Below, one piece after another: positions 60,374-64,000 of a stretch of DNA of 64,000 nucleotides (its first letter is position 1; the number at the start of each line of letters is the position of its first letter). The stretch is from an uncultured Chloroflexia bacterium. Its GTDB lineage: Bacteria; Chloroflexota; Dehalococcoidia; Dehalococcoidales; RBG-16-60-22. Both the position numbers and the translations under genes were made by a program. The notes below the pieces were generated by a model that was not told the origin of the DNA, searched no databases, and saw nothing but the letters and a program-made list of their open reading frames with translations. The DNA is taken from the NCBI GenBank assembly GCA_963739515.1, contig CAVUAO010000002.1:51263-115262 (forward strand). The letters are read 5' to 3'.

Positions 60374-61015
60374 ATGGATGTTTCATCGCTGGTTGAAATC
60401 AAAAAGAACCCGAAAATACCGGACATCGCCCCCGGCGATACCGTCCGGGTCAGCGCTAAGATCGTAGAAGGCGGCAAAGAGCGCATCCAGGTCTTCCAGG
60501 GCGTGGTCATCAAGATTAAGCGCGGCGGTAACGGCGCCGGCTTTACCGTCAGACATGTCGCCTACGGTGTTGGCGTGGAGCGCACCTTCCCGTACAATTC
60601 GCCGCTGGTAGAAAAAGTGGAGATTGTCCGCCAGGGCAAGGTGCGCCGTTCCCGGCTTTACTATCTGCGCGGACTCAGCGGCAAGGAAGCCCGCCGCAAG
60701 ATAAAGCGCGTCGAGAGGAAAGTCAGGGAGCAGGTAGGTGAGGAACTGTTGGTGGCGCCGCCGGAAGAAGAAGTTATCGAGCCCGTCGCCGCCGAAGTAA
60801 AACCGGAAGTCGCTGCCCCCGCCCCAGCTGCTCCCGAAGCCAAGGCTGCGACCGAAACCAAACCCGCGCCCGAAGCGAAAGCTGTGCCGGAGGCAAAGGC
60901 GGCCAAACCGGTCGAGCCGGTGAAGTCGGAGGCGGTCGCCGAAAAACCCGCCGCCCCGGAAGCGAAAGCCGCCCCACCCGCCGAGGCTAAAGAAACAGAA
61001 CCGCCCAAATCATAA
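60374..61015 (+). CDS. rplS: 50S ribosomal protein L19 with long Ala/Pro/Glu/Lys tail
   Basis: [34 protein letters not shown]. Confidence 0.97.
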   Translation: MDVSSLVEIKKNPKIPDIAPGDTVRVSAKIVEGGKERIQVFQGVVIKIKRGGNGAGFTVRHVAYGVGVERTFPYNSPLVEKVEIVRQGKVRRSRLYYLRGLSGKEARRKIKRVERKVREQVGEELLVAPPEEEVIEPVAAEVKPEVAAPAPAAPEAKAATETKPAPEAKAVPEAKAAKPVEPVKSEAVAEKPAAPEAKAAPPAEAKETEPPKS

Positions 61016-61043
61016 ACGCCGTCGGGTCGTGCCGGAGGCTGGT

Positions 61044-63457
61044 ATGAAATATGCCGAGGTCAGTGTCAATTCACCGGCCGCCCGGCGTCGCACTTTTTCT
61101 TACGCCGTTCCTCCGGGTATGGATGTCCGCGAGGGACAGGCGGTCCTCGTTCCTTTCGGCGAGAAAGTCCTCCAGGGCGTTGTTCTGGAGCTGACCGACA
61201 TCCCCGCTGTGGAAGACACCCGCGAGATAATCGATATTCTTGAGCCGCTTCCGGTTTTATCGCCGAATCACTTATCCCTGGCGCGCTGGATTCGCGATTA
61301 TTACCTTGCGCCGCTGTTCGACGCGGTGGCTTTAATGCTGCCCCCGGGGTTCGAGCGGCGCGCCGTTACTTTCGTCAGCCCGGCGCGAACCGATATCGGC
61401 CCTTCCTCCCTGAACGACGACCAGCAGAAAATTCTCGAGCTTGTTGCCGGGCAGGAGAGGGTCGAGCTGAAAAGGCTGGAGAAAGCCCTCGGCAAGAAAA
61501 AGGCTTCATCCCTCGTGTCGTCGATGGTGCGGCATGGGCTCCTCTCCCGCAGCTATGAGCTGACGCACGTCCGGATAAAGCCCAAGAAAGAACTTTACCT
61601 GAGTCTAACCGGCGATATCAGTAAAGCCACGGAGCTGCCTCTTAAACAGGCGGCCCTTTTCCATTTGTTAATCGAAAAGAAAGTGCCGCTTTCCTGGGCG
61701 GAAGCCCGGAAACAGACCGGCGGCAACAAGTCTGTCGCTGCTGCCCTGGTACGCCGCGGGCTGGCCGCCTTTCAGGAGGTGGAAGTCCGCCGCGAGCCGA
61801 TTTCCTATGATAATATTACCTCTTCTTTTCCTTTGACCCTCACCGCCGACCAGCAGTCTGCATTTAATGCCGTGAAAGCCGGTTTAGGACGGGCGGCCGG
61901 GGTCAATGCCGGACCTGAAGTTTATTTGCTGCACGGCGTTACCGGCAGCGGTAAGACTGAGGTGTATTTACAGGCCCTGGCGGAGGCGGTAAAATTGGGT
62001 AAAAAAGGCATCGTCCTGGTGCCTGAGATTGCCCTGACCCCCCAGACCATCGAGCGTTTTGCCTCCCGTTTTCCCCACCGCGTGGCGGTACTGCACAGTC
62101 GACTCTCCCTGGGAGAGCAATATGACGAGTGGCACCGCATCCGCCGCGGTGACTTCGATGTCGTCATCGGGTCGCGGAGCGCTATCTTCGCGCCGCAGCC
62201 GGACCTCGGCTTGATCGTCATTGACGAGGAGCACGAGTGGACCTATAAGCAGGACAATTCGCCACATTATCACGCGCGGGCGGTGGCTATCAGGCTGGCC
62301 GGGTTTACCGGTGCCGTGGTGCTCCTGGGCAGCGCCACGCCGGACGTCGAGTCCTATTTTAAAGCGCAAAACGGCGAATATACGCTGTTAAAGCTCCCCG
62401 AGCGTATCGTCCCCACCGCCGGGGCGCCTTTACCCCGGGTGGAGGTCGTCGATATGAGGGAGGAGCTTAAAGCGGGCAACCTCGGCATTTTCAGTCGGTC
62501 GCTGACGCGCGCTATCAACGAAGCCATTGCCGCCGGGGAGCAGATAATTCTTTTTCTCAACCGGCGCGGCGGCGCCACCTTTATCCAGTGCCGGAACTGC
62601 GGTTTCGTGCTGCGCTGCCGCCGCTGTGATGTGCCTCTCGCCCAGAATATCGCCGGGGATACCCTGGTCTGCCACCAGTGCGGCTATCAGACCCCGGTCC
62701 CGCCGGTCTGCCCCAGGTGTGCCGGTCGCCAGTTGAAGTTTTTGGGCGCCGGGACCCAGAAGCTGGAGCAGGAAACGCGTTTCGCTTTTCCCCGCGCCCG
62801 CCAGCTTCGCTGGGATAGCGACGTTATCACCGGCAGGACCTCCCACGAGGCGATTTTGCAGAAATTCCGCACCCGCCAGGCGGAAATCCTCATCGGCACC
62901 CAGATGATTGCCAAGGGACTGGACATCCCCTCGGTGACGCTGGTCGGTGTTGTCAGCGCGGATACTTCGCTTAATCTCCCCGATTTCCGCTCCGGCGAGA
63001 GGACGTTCCAGTTGCTGAGCCAGGTCGCGGCCGGGCCGGGCGCGGGCCTTCGGGCGGACGCGTCGTTATCCAGACCTTTTCCCCCGAGCACTATGCCATA
63101 CAGGCGGCCGCCCGCCACGACTACGCTTCTTTTTACGAGCAGGAAATCGCCTATCGCCGGCAGCTTCATAATCCTCCGTTCACCCGCCTCGCCAGTCTGG
63201 TCTATGTCCACACCAACGAAGCTATCTGCCAGCGGGAGGCGGAAAAAATGAAACAGCGACTTGCCGGGGAAATGGCCGCCCGTGGCGTCGCCGGCATTGA
63301 AATCATCGGTCCCGCCCCCGCCTTTATCCGCCGCCTCAGAGGGCGGTTCCGCTGGCAGCTCGTCCTGCGCGGCTCCGGGCTGACGGACTTTTTAGCGCCG
63401 CTGGCTTTGCCGCAGGGCTGGACGATAAATATTGACCCCGTGAGTCTGGTTCAGTAA
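61044..63457 (+). CDS. priA: Primosomal protein N' (frameshift near 63028)
   Basis: GVTGSGKTE, DEEH, SAT, Cys clusters, GTQMIAKGLD. QVAGRAGR is restored by adding one C, and the frame continues to IDP. Confidence 0.95.
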
Positions 63458-63510
63458 ACTAAAAGTAGGAGACATAGTAAACTGCATCTCCGGCAAAGGG
63501 AGTGAAAATA

Positions 63511-63583
63511 AGAGAGGGGTGAAACTCCTCTCTAAAGCCTCCTCCCCCTCTCCTGCCGGGAGAGGGGGATAAAGGGGGTAAGG
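63511..63583. repeat. Multi-hairpin intergenic repeat, short copy G
   Basis: AGAGAGGGG-TGAAA-CTCCTCTCT; CCCCCTCTCC..GGAGAGGGGG; GGGGGTAAGGT. Confidence 0.75.
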
Positions 63584-63607
63584 TTAAAATATACTAAAGG
63601 AGACCAC

Positions 63608-64000
63608 ATGGCGGTTTTGCCTATCAGGACTCTGCCCGACCTTGTGCTGCGGCGCAAGGCAAAACGCATTTCGACCGTTGATAAGTCGGTGAAAAAGCTT
63701 ATCGCGGATATGCGCGAGACGCTGCACGCTGACGTTGGCAGGGTAGGGCTGGCTGCCCCTCAGGTGGGCGTCTCCCTGCGCGCGACGGTCATTTGTCTGC
63801 CGGAAGGCGAGGATATTATCCTGATAAACCCGGAGATCGTGCGCCGCAAGGGCCAGCGTCTCGTCAGCGAGGGGTGCCTCAGCATCCCGGGCTATGTCGG
63901 GGAGCTTTTCCGGGCGGAGTCGGTTACCGCTAAAGGCCTTGACCTTGCCGGCAAGCCGGTCCGCATCAAGGCGGAGGGCCTGCTTTCCCAGGCGCTCGAA
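63608..64000 (+). CDS. def: Peptide deformylase (partial, runs off window end)
   Basis: MAVLPI..., VGLAAPQVG, INP, EGCLS; RBS AAGGAG; not in the ORF track because the stop is outside the window. Confidence 0.93.
   Translation, partial: MAVLPIRTLPDLVLRRKAKRISTVDKSVKKLIADMRETLHADVGRVGLAAPQVGVSLRATVICLPEGEDIILINPEIVRRKGQRLVSEGCLSIPGYVGELFRAESVTAKGLDLAGKPVRIKAEGLLSQALE

Noticed and set aside
63465-63491. GTAG-family REP (GTAGGAGACATAGTAAACTGCATCTCC)
   Set aside because: It is a single imperfect palindrome with no second copy or RAYT gene in the window, so support is too weak.
63735-63770. Inactive deformylase (motif 1 reads RVGLAAPQ instead of GxGLAAPQ)
   Set aside because: It is a single substitution, EGCLS is intact and the HExxH motif lies beyond the window edge, so activity cannot be judged.

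Overview
A 64-kb chromosomal segment of a GC-rich anaerobe, most likely Dehalococcoidia (Chloroflexota). This placement is inferred from gene content: a dcw cluster reduced to mraZ-rsmH-ftsA-ftsZ, and many SDR, CoA-transferase, AOR and cupin paralogues. Housekeeping blocks are eno-pth-ligA, leuS-proC, coaD-rsmD, the dcw cluster and trmD-rplS-priA-def, plus three tRNAs (Glu-CTC, Gln-TTG, Leu-CAA). Four accessory features stand out. (i) A stand-alone ~260-nt structured RNA gene with its own sigma70 promoter and terminator. (ii) A regulated operon of KamA radical-SAM aminomutase, two Ddl-like ATP-grasp ligases, a GNAT and MarC. (iii) A divergent B12 glutamate-mutase-like E/S/L set among CoA-transferases, a crotonase and PrpD, with no methylaspartate ammonia-lyase. 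(iv) An ene-reductase followed by three tandem cupins. A LIV-type ABC transporter and a family of multi-hairpin intergenic repeats (7 full or partial copies) are also present. About 11 small indels break otherwise intact genes, including priA, and are most likely sequencing or assembly errors. No CRISPR array, transposase, integrase or prophage was seen.
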